The notes beneath the pieces are model-generated. The model worked only from the letters and a program-made list of their open reading frames with translations, was not told the origin of the DNA and ran no database searches. The position numbers were made by a program, and so were the translations under genes. Shown here piece after piece: positions 17,394 through 26,186 of a stretch of 64,000 nt of DNA; position 1 is the stretch's first letter, and each line of letters starts with the position of its first letter. The stretch covers positions 32,001 to 96,000 of the IMG/VR virus record IMGVR_UViG_3300031576_000006. The stretch is one strand, 5' to 3'. Origin of the DNA: a virus.

Positions 17394-18299
17394 ATGAGCG
17401 ATTTTTCAAATAAAAAACCAAATCCCCATGGAGCGTATCCATTAGACCATGAAGCCTTACCGGCAGATAGTACTAATGTGGGCAGTGGATTCACTCGCGT
17501 TGAAGCCTGGATGACCGTTGAGCGGCTTAAGGATGAATATCTATTCGGTATTCCCTTAATGAGTCCTATCACTCAACAGCGCCTCACGGACCCCGTTTTA
17601 AAGAACATTCTAACTAAGTCTGCTGCACGCATAGAGCTTGAGTGTAATATTGATGTATTCCCCCTTGTTCGTGTTGTTAGGCAGCCATTTGATCGCGTTA
17701 AGATGACTCAGGGCTTTAATCAGATCGATACTGGGGTTCGAAGCATTCGTGAACTTCTGGAAGTTTCCATACGTTCGTCTAATTCATCTCACACACAAAA
17801 TAATGTAGATTACCAAACAGACACAACCAATCGTGAAGGGTCTGTTTTGTATAATTTTCCTCTTGAATGGATAGATCCAAGTCTAATGAGAAAAGGTTTA
17901 ATTCATTTTGTTCCACTTCAATCGTCTGCCAATGGCACTATACCGGGCGGATTGATTGGCGGCACTGCCGCACCGTTATTTCAAATTCTTACTCAGTTGA
18001 CTAGTATTCCTGGATATTTCTTTATCCGTTACGCTTCTGGTTGGCAGGAGAATTCTATTCCATCTACAGTTAACGACCTTATTGGCACTTATGCCGCTAT
18101 GGAAGTACTTTCATTACTAGGTCCTACTAATCGATGGAACAGTCAAAATATTGGTATTGATGGAGCCAGTCAGGGTATTTCTGGTCCGGGCAACCAACTT
18201 TTTGCTCTGAGAATGCAAGAATTAACAGCTAAGGCCGATCAATTGAGAGATCTTATTAAGAAGCGTTTTTCAAACGCTATCTTCATGCGGCATATTTAA
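17394..18299 (+). CDS. putative head-tail adaptor/neck protein
   Basis: LKDEYLFGIPL N-terminal helix; RYASGW...IP...DLIG and SQNIGIDGASQGIS hairpin typical of adaptor proteins. Confidence 0.6.
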   Translation: MSDFSNKKPNPHGAYPLDHEALPADSTNVGSGFTRVEAWMTVERLKDEYLFGIPLMSPITQQRLTDPVLKNILTKSAARIELECNIDVFPLVRVVRQPFDRVKMTQGFNQIDTGVRSIRELLEVSIRSSNSSHTQNNVDYQTDTTNREGSVLYNFPLEWIDPSLMRKGLIHFVPLQSSANGTIPGGLIGGTAAPLFQILTQLTSIPGYFFIRYASGWQENSIPSTVNDLIGTYAAMEVLSLLGPTNRWNSQNIGIDGASQGISGPGNQLFALRMQELTAKADQLRDLIKKRFSNAIFMRHI

Positions 18300-18325
18300 T
18301 AATATCATACACTTACACCACTCTA

Positions 18326-18571
18326 CTAATCTACCAGCCTCAATAAGCATGGTAGATTTCTATCCCAAAATTCTATACCTCTTTCTCTGAAGTATTTATA
18401 CACAAAGGTTGATTTGTCGGAACCCTGTAGGTAGAAGCAAAACACCCTATCTTCTATGATAAATTCTTTATATAGGCTTCCTAAGGCTTGCCTCGGCCCC
18501 TTAAGAATTTGACCGCCTGGCAAGTGATATTCGGCGTTCTTTAAATCAATCACTCCGTAAGTGTATGTCAT
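18326..18571 (-). CDS. hypothetical protein
   Basis: Last ORF of the minus-strand block; ends in a double TAG. Confidence 0.5.
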   Translation of the reverse strand: MTYTYGVIDLKNAEYHLPGGQILKGPRQALGSLYKEFIIEDRVFCFYLQGSDKSTFVYKYFRERGIEFWDRNLPCLLRLVD

Positions 18572-18737
18572 TTTTTAGGTTTCATAAAAATAGTAATGGG
18601 CTGTCTTTGAAACACTTTCGGCCTCATGTTGACATGTATATCTCTGCCATTTACTTTATAATATCGACTATTATTGGCAGGATCAGACACCGAAGTTTCT
18701 GCTTTTTCTTCTTCCTTAACATTTAAATAATAGCCCA

Positions 18738-18950
18738 TTATTGATCATCCACAATGGCGTCTTGTGCGACCGGTGACTCGGTTACATCCCTGAGACCACT
18801 CTGGGCAATAATTTGCCTTAAGCCTAAATTTGCAATATTAAGAACGTCATTTTTGAAAACTTCAACCGTTACCGAAGCTCCATTGGATGCCTTGTAAACT
18901 TTACCGTCTATCTCCACTTGTATATTAACGGTCACCTTGTAATCAGACAT
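18738..18950 (-). CDS. hypothetical protein
   Basis: AGGAG SD. Confidence 0.55.
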   Translation of the reverse strand: MSDYKVTVNIQVEIDGKVYKASNGASVTVEVFKNDVLNIANLGLRQIIAQSGLRDVTESPVAQDAIVDDQ

Positions 18951-18958
18951 ACCGTCTC

Positions 18959-19867
18959 CTATTTGTGTTCGATTTTTTCGTATTCAATATTTTCAAACGG
19001 CACTTTAAGTTTTGCCTTAAACCCAGATGCTTGCGCATGTCCGCCACCGCCGAACTGTTCCGCTACCTTAGATACATCAAAATTCTTTTTTGATCTCAAG
19101 GAGAACATCCTCACTTCATTTCGAATATCAGAGTATGAGCACGAGAAGTCAACGTCAGGATAGAGATCCAGTAGTTTCATGCCGACTTCTGACCAGTGAC
19201 TGGTTGCGTTAACGACGACGGCCTTGTGCCCCAGGAAGTTATCATCTACTCGTGCATTCTTGCAAATTTTATCTACGATTTGATCTGTCATTCTGGATAG
19301 AGCGGCACCTTCGACGCATTTTAATTCCAATACCGTATTATTCAGTAAATCATTATATAGCCCGAAGTCAAATGGAATAGATAATAGGTAGGAATGGAGA
19401 TTCACAGTCTCCGGATATTTGAAGAGCCAAAGGTCCCTATCTTCAATAAGATTAATTAATTTGGGTCTGTTGGGATTGTCCGCACACGTATGGAAATAAT
19501 CCCAGGCAACACCGGCACCCGATCTGTCCATATCTATGTTAATGAGGCAGTGATCGCCATTAAAACGGTAATTTCTTTCGTCATTAATTCCTTGAGAAAA
19601 CCTGCCCTGATCTTTTATAAAATTTTCATATGCGGTTTTGTGATGGTCCAGCACTATGACTTGTTTATGGTCAATAGAAAGCTGCATTGTAGTCTCAGGA
19701 CTGAAGGCAATATCTAGCATATAGACAGTGCTGCCTGGCTCCATATCTGGAAGTTTTTGACCGTAACCCACAGGAATGTATTTAGCTGAGTTGCTTAAAT
19801 ATTTCCAGGCAGCGAAGGCTGCTCCAAATCCGTCACAACATTGTGCATGATAAAGTACGTAAATCAT
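18959..19867 (-). CDS. DHH/DHHA1 phosphoesterase (NrnB-like nanoRNase)
   Basis: YHAQCCDGFGAA, LDHHKT, RSGA, IEDRDLW, SLRS, GGGGHAQASG. Confidence 0.9.
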   Translation of the reverse strand: MIYVLYHAQCCDGFGAAFAAWKYLSNSAKYIPVGYGQKLPDMEPGSTVYMLDIAFSPETTMQLSIDHKQVIVLDHHKTAYENFIKDQGRFSQGINDERNYRFNGDHCLINIDMDRSGAGVAWDYFHTCADNPNRPKLINLIEDRDLWLFKYPETVNLHSYLLSIPFDFGLYNDLLNNTVLELKCVEGAALSRMTDQIVDKICKNARVDDNFLGHKAVVVNATSHWSEVGMKLLDLYPDVDFSCSYSDIRNEVRMFSLRSKKNFDVSKVAEQFGGGGHAQASGFKAKLKVPFENIEYEKIEHK

Positions 19868-19871
19868 TTTT

Positions 19872-20525
19872 TTACCTCAACCAATAATCGTGATACATAC
19901 TTTGCACTTGCTTCAGCATAAATTCTACAGACGACGTGTTGTCTATAGTATAATCGAATTTTTCATTGTCTAAGTCTCTCTCTGACGGATCTTCTGAAGG
20001 GGAAGTTGCGAATCGATTAACCCTTAACGTGATAAGTTGATTGCCAAACGCTTCCTTAAGCTGCACTAACTCTGATCTATATCTAAGATCTGTTATGACG
20101 TGTAGTTTCTGCCCATTGGAATTTTTTTCCTGAATTGACCTGATCGCCTGCTTAACCCAAAACGATGGATCTACTGCTCTATTGGTAGAGCCCTTAAGAA
20201 TACACAATGCACGAGGTGTCCAATACATAACTGATTCTAAATTTCCATCGATCTGCGCCTTACCGTTCTGATCTCTGAATTCACGTCGCATGAAATCAGT
20301 AAGCATTGTTGTGAATTTGTCTCTTGGGTCAACCGGAAGGTTCATGAGTGGAGATTCTTTATACTTAGGATCGTCGGCCCAACTTCTAGGAAACCCGTAT
20401 TCTTCTGCTGCCAGGTCCTTCAGTGGATCTGCAAACGCAGTTCTACTAGCATCATATTGTTCTATTAAATAATTAGCGATTGTATCTTTCCCAGATCCCT
20501 TCCATGCACTTATTGCGACAACCAC
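19872..20525 (-). CDS. deoxynucleoside monophosphate kinase (T4 gp1-like)
   Basis: AWKGSGKDT P-loop, FADPLK, TPR, FWV, ITDLRYRSE, DPSE. Confidence 0.85.
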   Translation of the reverse strand: MVVAISAWKGSGKDTIANYLIEQYDASRTAFADPLKDLAAEEYGFPRSWADDPKYKESPLMNLPVDPRDKFTTMLTDFMRREFRDQNGKAQIDGNLESVMYWTPRALCILKGSTNRAVDPSFWVKQAIRSIQEKNSNGQKLHVITDLRYRSELVQLKEAFGNQLITLRVNRFATSPSEDPSERDLDNEKFDYTIDNTSSVEFMLKQVQSMYHDYWLR

Positions 20526-20569
20526 CTGATCCTCCTAAAAATCTAATTCTATCATTTTTGGCTGTCGTG

Positions 20570-20797
20570 TCAACTTGATTCTATATCTGATTTTATAGAT
20601 GACAAAAAGGCCGCACCTGTTTCCCATATTTTAAAATACGGAATGTGGTCTTCTGGGATATCAATTTCAATAATTTTACTTTGGGATGGGTCCAAGACGT
20701 ATTGCCTGTGGGTCCAGCTATTCGGCTGCCCCAGATCTTGGACCTGGAGCTTCATTGGCCATATTCTGTCATTCACCAGTGCGATCTTAACTTTCAC
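20570..20797 (-). CDS. hypothetical protein
   Basis: GTGA-coupled ORF. Confidence 0.5.
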   Translation of the reverse strand: MKVKIALVNDRIWPMKLQVQDLGQPNSWTHRQYVLDPSQSKIIEIDIPEDHIPYFKIWETGAAFLSSIKSDIESS

Positions 20798-21342
20798 ACA
20801 ATTCCCATATATTTCAAAAACACGATTGTAATAATGCCATCGAAGAATCCGGCAATCCAGAAGACCGATCGGTTGGACAAAATTTCAATCATTCGCGATC
20901 TGACGGACGAATAATGCACTGCTTCTGTTTCCTCAGACTCATCGCCCATCTCACAGCGACATGAATTCCATGGCAGCAAACAGAATTCACATCCATCAAT
21001 CATTTCACCTTCTTCGCGCTCTTCATCATCTTCACGTTCCTCGGCTTCTTCCGCATCTTCATCAAGTTCAAATTCTTCGTGGAGTTCCTTCACAAATTCT
21101 TCTCCATGAAGTTCTTTAAGCTTTACGGTTACATCGGGTACCGTTTTTGAAATCTCAAGAAGAATATTTTTGAAAGCATCTGTGGTTAAAAACTTGCGTT
21201 CGTGCAGGACTTTTGCTGCCTCAATCTTCCAATAGCCTATAGTATATGGGTCGTTGATGTAGTTGGTTAGGATTTCTTCAGAGGTGGAAGATTCGAAGAC
21301 GCGGCGCATGAGATCTATTTGTTCCGGTGAAATTCTGTACAT
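20794..21342 (-). CDS. acidic protein with Cys cluster and C-terminal TM
   Basis: E/D-rich tract, CEFC...CRC, terminal hydrophobic helix; AAGGGGG SD. Confidence 0.6.
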   Translation of the reverse strand: MYRISPEQIDLMRRVFESSTSEEILTNYINDPYTIGYWKIEAAKVLHERKFLTTDAFKNILLEISKTVPDVTVKLKELHGEEFVKELHEEFELDEDAEEAEEREDDEEREEGEMIDGCEFCLLPWNSCRCEMGDESEETEAVHYSSVRSRMIEILSNRSVFWIAGFFDGIITIVFLKYMGIV

Positions 21343-21389
21343 ATGGACCCCCTTGTATAACTATAGTATTGCAAATTTTACAAGCCAGG

Positions 21390-21614
21390 TCAACAAATTC
21401 CTTCTTTTGCTAGCAAATGAATCCACACAATGTCTCGTTCTGGGGCGATCAACATCTTCTCTATTGTACCAAAGACTCCATTGATTTCAAGCTGTTTACC
21501 TACGTGTAGGTTTCCAAGAACTTCACTAACCTTATCGTACCTTAATGCGAAATTTATAATAGCTCTGCCTGGAGTTGGATCTTGCCCTATTACGGTTGCG
21601 CCCGTGATTGTCAT
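21390..21614 (-). CDS. hypothetical protein
   Basis: ATGA coupling to CYTH gene. Confidence 0.55.
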   Translation of the reverse strand: MTITGATVIGQDPTPGRAIINFALRYDKVSEVLGNLHVGKQLEINGVFGTIEKMLIAPERDIVWIHLLAKEGIC

Positions 21615-22189
21615 TTTTTAAATTGCTCCCAGTTACTTTTCTTCATACGTTTTTGCGGCGTAATGCCAATGGCCGACATTTTTTGTTCCATGGCCTTCAC
21701 TTCAGCGATAGCTTCTTCCGCAGATTTGAATGGGTAATCCTTACGTGCTTCAATCTCGACCCTGCGACCAACTTCCTGCATGTTTTTGTCATAGATTATA
21801 TAATAAACGACATCAATTTTTTCAAAGTAGTAGATGTCACAGTATTTATAAACACGAAAGTTTTCTTTGAACCCCATAAGGCTTACAAATTTCATCACAA
21901 GCCATTCGGGAACGCCTTCTAGCAACGGTAGATCAACTTCTGTACGATGGTTATTATTTTTGTCATCAGTTTTGATTTTGATGGTCAATTCTGGACCTGG
22001 CCCGTTACGGAATCTAACGAATTCGAATGGCAATCCTGAACCGCTGTAGTAGATATCCCAGCTGGCGATTTCCAATCTTTTTTCGGGAGTAGACGCCTCT
22101 GCAAATTTTACGAAGTCAGCCAGCTTAATGTCTTCCGCCGAATACTTAAGCTCTAGCTCTTCGGTTCTAATATCGAATAATTGTTCCAT
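21611..22189 (-). CDS. CYTH/triphosphate tunnel metalloenzyme (class IV adenylyl cyclase-like)
   Basis: N-terminal ELELKY (ExExK), DIYY, VRFR, ELTIK, RTEVDL, VEIEA. Confidence 0.8.
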   Translation of the reverse strand: MEQLFDIRTEELELKYSAEDIKLADFVKFAEASTPEKRLEIASWDIYYSGSGLPFEFVRFRNGPGPELTIKIKTDDKNNNHRTEVDLPLLEGVPEWLVMKFVSLMGFKENFRVYKYCDIYYFEKIDVVYYIIYDKNMQEVGRRVEIEARKDYPFKSAEEAIAEVKAMEQKMSAIGITPQKRMKKSNWEQFKK

Positions 22190-22291
22190 ATATCAAACAG
22201 ACGGTGCATACTGCGTAAAACAGTAATATCAGGACTGCCAGTCCCTTCCTTAGTCTATTTTTCAGTCTCCTTCTGTTAAGGTCAATTACTT

Positions 22292-22477
22292 TCATTTCAA
22301 TGAATCAATAGTCATTTGAGTTCTGTGGATCTCCAAGTTCAACCAATCGAAGTATACTTCCTCTCGTTCCTTATATTTTGCGGGAACTGCCGCCATTAGA
22401 CGATTCTGTAAGACAATCACGTATTTATCTAGACGTAAAATCCTATCTTTGATGTGTTTGTTGTCGATTATTGCCAT
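22292..22477 (-). CDS. hypothetical protein
   Basis: AAGGGGG SD. Confidence 0.55.
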   Translation of the reverse strand: MAIIDNKHIKDRILRLDKYVIVLQNRLMAAVPAKYKEREEVYFDWLNLEIHRTQMTIDSLK

Positions 22478-22499
22478 GAGACCCCCTTATGAGACAATA

Positions 22500-22703
22500 T
22501 TACCTGCGTTTGGTTTTTTTGTCAACTCTTGTTTTTTCCCACTCATTTGCCCTTTCTCTAAGCCTCGAAACCTGCTCTCTAAGAAAATCGTGGGCTGTGC
22601 CGGGACGAATAACCCGCGAGGTTAATTGTATCATGAGTTCTAGGCGTGCAATTTCATAATCCGCCTGGTTCTTGAAGGTCTTTTGCCACAGAGGCTTGCT
22701 CAC
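22500..22703 (-). CDS. hypothetical protein
   Basis: GTGA coupling. Confidence 0.5.
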   Translation of the reverse strand: MSKPLWQKTFKNQADYEIARLELMIQLTSRVIRPGTAHDFLREQVSRLRERANEWEKTRVDKKTKRR

Positions 22704-22993
22704 GGTTTATACTCCTCATAAATATGTCCTACAATACCGGGCGGCATTTGAAGGGTAGCAAGATATCGAAAGTTAGTATAGTTTTCAAATTCGAATTCCT
22801 GGCCTGTCATAATGACATGGAATGTGCGCGGTTCAATCACAAGAGATTGCGGTAGATGATCTTCGGTGGGTTTTTCAATCCATACTGTTGGTATCCCGTC
22901 CTGTAACTGTACGTCGAGTGCGCTGGCCCCCGCAGGAAGAGCAAAAGTATTTTTCGTTTCGTTTAGTTGATACTTATGGACTACGCTTTTCAT
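22700..22993 (-). CDS. conserved small phage protein
   Basis: VHKYQL...LPAGA..LDVQLQ...VW...F.V.MTG...YLATLQ...GHIYE pattern; AAGGAGG SD. Confidence 0.65.
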   Translation of the reverse strand: MKSVVHKYQLNETKNTFALPAGASALDVQLQDGIPTVWIEKPTEDHLPQSLVIEPRTFHVIMTGQEFEFENYTNFRYLATLQMPPGIVGHIYEEYKP

Positions 22994-23004
22994 AAAACCT
23001 CCTT

Positions 23005-23180
23005 AAAAAATGTCCGTCGCGAGGTTTCGAACCGCTCCACGGACTCTGTTTCTGGTGCCGGGCCTCTGAGAAGCCTTCTTCCGTCTATCAGCCGATCATA
23101 CAACTAATTAACCGATCTTCGACTACGAAAACTAGCAGTTAATTAGGACTTAGGGCGGCGGCTTTCGCCGCCTTTCCCTA
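23005..23180 (-). ncRNA. structured intergenic RNA / attenuator-like leader
   Basis: GAAA-tetraloop hairpin, 11-bp stem with G-U on the minus strand, GGCTTC/GAGGCC hairpin, terminal GTCCGT/ACGGAC hairpin plus T6. Confidence 0.55.
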
Positions 23181-23191
23181 CTTATTTTATA

Positions 23192-24184
23192 TCATGCCGC
23201 CCTGGACATTTCAACTGCAGTTTTCAATGCTTTCTTATTCATGGCTGCACCGGTACCAAACCACAATGAATCCAATCGAGTAGATTCATTGGTGCCGCGC
23301 TCATATTGCAAGTATTCAGTTACTGAATTATAAGCTGCCCACATAGTGCCTTTAACACCGGGAAGATCATTGCCACGGCCTTTTTCGAAAAGCTCAGTAA
23401 TCCGGCCCATAACCCGCTTCCCACTGGTCAATTCTTCACCAGTAATAAGAGCTTCCTCTTCTTGCTTCGGAGTGGCAAATACGATTTTAACGTATTTCTC
23501 AAGATCTTTGCGATTGATTTCGCGAGAAGCAAGTATACGAAATTGTTCGGCAGTTGATTCAAAGGATTGATCTGCAATGTTTATCACTTCGCGGATTTCC
23601 TCCAAAGTTTTAACAATGTCACCTGTGTGTTTCACTTTGAGAAGCTGTGAACCGCCATTTTGGATGGCCATGGTCAAAGTGTTGTTGCAAACAACGCGAA
23701 CGGGCGTATAGCCGATGCGGATCGCCAAGGTACCGTCGTGGCTATTCGACATAAGAATGTACTTTTTAATGCGGTCGTCTGACTTTGAGACGATCACTGA
23801 ATCAGGGCGATTCATGGCCGCAAGAATCCAAACCCGGCGACCGTTCATCAAAGAACCGGCTGTTTCGAGAGAGGCTTCTTTTGCGTCCAAGAACGGTTGG
23901 AAGAACTGGAATGCTTCTCTGTTTTGAAGCACTTTGTAGTTTTTACCTACAACGCCAAGAATTGCGCCGTCGTCTTTGCGGTAAGTCGCGACGTGCGTCT
24001 TGATCAATTCGCCGCCGAGTTCTGGAACTACAGCAAGCTCTTTCGTACCAACTTCCCAATTGAGCTTTGCTACCATGATGCCTTCTTCAATGGTAGGAGC
24101 GATTGGGAGAACGGTTCCTAGGCGATGCCAGGGAATTTCGTTCACCGAAAACATTGTATCTTTTTCTTGGATCTCATGTGCCAT
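23192..24184 (-). CDS. DUF932-family phage/plasmid protein (TIGR03299-like)
   Basis: MAHE...PWHRLG, YKVLQNREAF, ETAGSL..GRRVW, NSHDGT, TPVRVVCNNTL, GTMWAAYNSVTEY. Confidence 0.85.
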   Translation of the reverse strand: MAHEIQEKDTMFSVNEIPWHRLGTVLPIAPTIEEGIMVAKLNWEVGTKELAVVPELGGELIKTHVATYRKDDGAILGVVGKNYKVLQNREAFQFFQPFLDAKEASLETAGSLMNGRRVWILAAMNRPDSVIVSKSDDRIKKYILMSNSHDGTLAIRIGYTPVRVVCNNTLTMAIQNGGSQLLKVKHTGDIVKTLEEIREVINIADQSFESTAEQFRILASREINRKDLEKYVKIVFATPKQEEEALITGEELTSGKRVMGRITELFEKGRGNDLPGVKGTMWAAYNSVTEYLQYERGTNESTRLDSLWFGTGAAMNKKALKTAVEMSRAA

Positions 24185-24296
24185 AACGGCCTCCTTTGTT
24201 ATTAATTAATAATAGCAACGTTCTTATTATTTAGCAATAATATAATGCAGAAATCTTTTATTGCTCTATTGGTTAATAATATCAATAACTTATCCT

Positions 24297-24310
24297 AAAA
24301 ACTTAATAAT
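24297..24310 (+). promoter_or_regulatory. putative late promoter core (copy 2)
   Basis: AAAAACTTAATAAT at the strand switch; followed by a C(UUCG)G hairpin at ~24333-24348. Confidence 0.65.
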
Positions 24311-24364
24311 TCATATGCTGGCACGGGTCGGTATAGTCTTCGGACTGTGGAATAGGTTAGGGAA

Positions 24365-25096
24365 ATGGCCAATGAAAGAAAATGGTTTGCAGTAACGCAG
24401 GCCTTCACAGCTAACGGTACACTTCAGGGAAAGATCACGGTAGCAGATGTTGCCGGATTATACGTCAAGTCCAAAGTCAGGATTTCCTCCAATACACAAC
24501 CCCCTCAATTACTTGAAATCAAAAGAATAGAAGGCACAACAGTCCTCTTTGTTGGACTGTGCGGTGACAATATCAATGATCGCACTGATATGTCAGCCTA
24601 TCTCGTTATAGATTCTGCTAAAGTAGAGCTTTTTGAACAAAAAATCCCAACAATCAAGCAAGAAGATATAGCTCAGGCTGTCTATGCCAGGGAGCCAATC
24701 TGTGCGATCCGAACTATCGGTGTTGATAAGTATGGTCGATATTATGATGCCAACAACAGGTTTCCGGTCGATGCCACTGTTACCATTGGCGATGTTTTAG
24801 TCAATGTTGAAAATCCTACAATACCGGATATCGCCAATGTCTCGGTCCCGCTGGCTGCCACTGAAGTTTCATTCACTTTCCCACTTAAGACCAAAAGATT
24901 CTTAATGAGAATCCGCGATGGAAGTGCAAATATACAGCTGGCATTCATAGCTGGGCAAAGTGGAACAAATTACACAACAATTTCTAGGGGTTGCAATTAT
25001 GGATCTGGGGATATCGATCCGCCTGATCCATTCAGTATCTATTTCCAATGTGATAAACCTGGCAAAACGGTTGAGATTTTATCCTGGAACAATTAA
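24365..25096 (+). CDS. putative virion structural protein
   Basis: Beta-rich; first gene after the late motif. Confidence 0.45.
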   Translation: MANERKWFAVTQAFTANGTLQGKITVADVAGLYVKSKVRISSNTQPPQLLEIKRIEGTTVLFVGLCGDNINDRTDMSAYLVIDSAKVELFEQKIPTIKQEDIAQAVYAREPICAIRTIGVDKYGRYYDANNRFPVDATVTIGDVLVNVENPTIPDIANVSVPLAATEVSFTFPLKTKRFLMRIRDGSANIQLAFIAGQSGTNYTTISRGCNYGSGDIDPPDPFSIYFQCDKPGKTVEILSWNN

Positions 25097-25104
25097 TTAG
25101 TTAA

Positions 25105-25134
25105 ATCGCTAACTTAGGCCAAAAACTTAATAAT
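25105..25134 (+). promoter_or_regulatory. putative late promoter (copy 3)
   Basis: ATCGCTAACTTAGGCCAAAAACTTAATAAT. Confidence 0.7.
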
Positions 25135-25174
25135 TGATTGTAAAATTGTTATTCGATGACCACGGAAGGTAAAA

Positions 25175-25924
25175 ATGGGCGGAATGATAGGAAAAGATAG
25201 ATTGATTTTTGATCCAACGGATACCACTCAAGGTGACAATGTTGGAGCTTTCATACGTGCCAGTGACGGCACCTTGATCACTCATACGGCTGTCGGCCCT
25301 AAAAAGGCTCTTGATGTAAATATCGTCGCGGGTCCCGACGACCCAGTTTATGATGAAGATTCTGCTTCTGCAAATGGCGATAAGCTTATGTCTGTCGGCG
25401 CAGTTAGACAAGATGCTTTGGCATCAAGCGTTGACGCTGACGGCGACTATGCCTGGTTTAAATTAAACAGCCGTGGCGCACTATGGACAGCACCTGTTGG
25501 TACGGTTGCCGATGACGCAGCTGATACTGAAAACCCGGTAAAGATCGGTTCGCGGTCTGTTTCTGGCGCAGCCTTACTCGCTGTTTCATCTAACAATGAC
25601 CGCGCTGATTTGATTTCAGATAAATATCGTAGGATTTATATTAATGACAGCCCAAACATTGGACTGGCATCTGTAGCTGTGCCCGTCGATACCACTGCCG
25701 GTGGGACTGCGATACCAACAACAGCTTTAGCCGGTAGACGACGAATTATGGTTCAGAACCTCGGAACAAAAGATATTTACGTAGGACCTGCAGGTGTAAC
25801 AGATACATCTGGCCTTAGAGTCGCGAATGGTGCAACTCTATCTCTCGAAATTGGCGAAAACATACTCCTTAAAGCCATTGCCGCTTCTGGTTCTCAAGAT
25901 GTTCGAGTGTTCGAATTAGCATAA
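25175..25924 (+). CDS. putative virion structural/decoration protein
   Basis: Ala/Gly/Asp-rich; C-terminal beta-sandwich RRRIMVQNLG..DIYVG. Confidence 0.5.
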   Translation: MGGMIGKDRLIFDPTDTTQGDNVGAFIRASDGTLITHTAVGPKKALDVNIVAGPDDPVYDEDSASANGDKLMSVGAVRQDALASSVDADGDYAWFKLNSRGALWTAPVGTVADDAADTENPVKIGSRSVSGAALLAVSSNNDRADLISDKYRRIYINDSPNIGLASVAVPVDTTAGGTAIPTTALAGRRRIMVQNLGTKDIYVGPAGVTDTSGLRVANGATLSLEIGENILLKAIAASGSQDVRVFELA

Positions 25925-25931
25925 GGTAAAA

Positions 25932-26177
25932 ATGCAAATCACCCAGAAAGATAAATCAAATGCTGAAAATTTGTTGCGTGCTTTAAACAAAGCACGCTTC
26001 AATGATATTGAAGGTGTTGAAGTTTTGGCGCTGGCTGATGTTTTCAAATGGGCTTCTGGACTCGTGAAAAGAATTGATGAAGACCTTATACTTCAACAAG
26101 CCCTATCTAAGGCCACGATTCAAACTCCAGATGAATCTATAAAATCTGAAGAAAAATCCCAGCCTCAAACACCATAG
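25932..26177 (+). CDS. hypothetical protein (possible chaperone)
   Basis: Small helical ORF in the late block. Confidence 0.5.
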   Translation: MQITQKDKSNAENLLRALNKARFNDIEGVEVLALADVFKWASGLVKRIDEDLILQQALSKATIQTPDESIKSEEKSQPQTP

Positions 26178-26186
26178 AGAGGTTTC

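Noticed and set aside
23045-23095. Hammerhead-like words CTGATAGA...GAAAC...GTC on the minus strand
   Set aside because: Core is not CUGANGA and stems I-III could not be built around it
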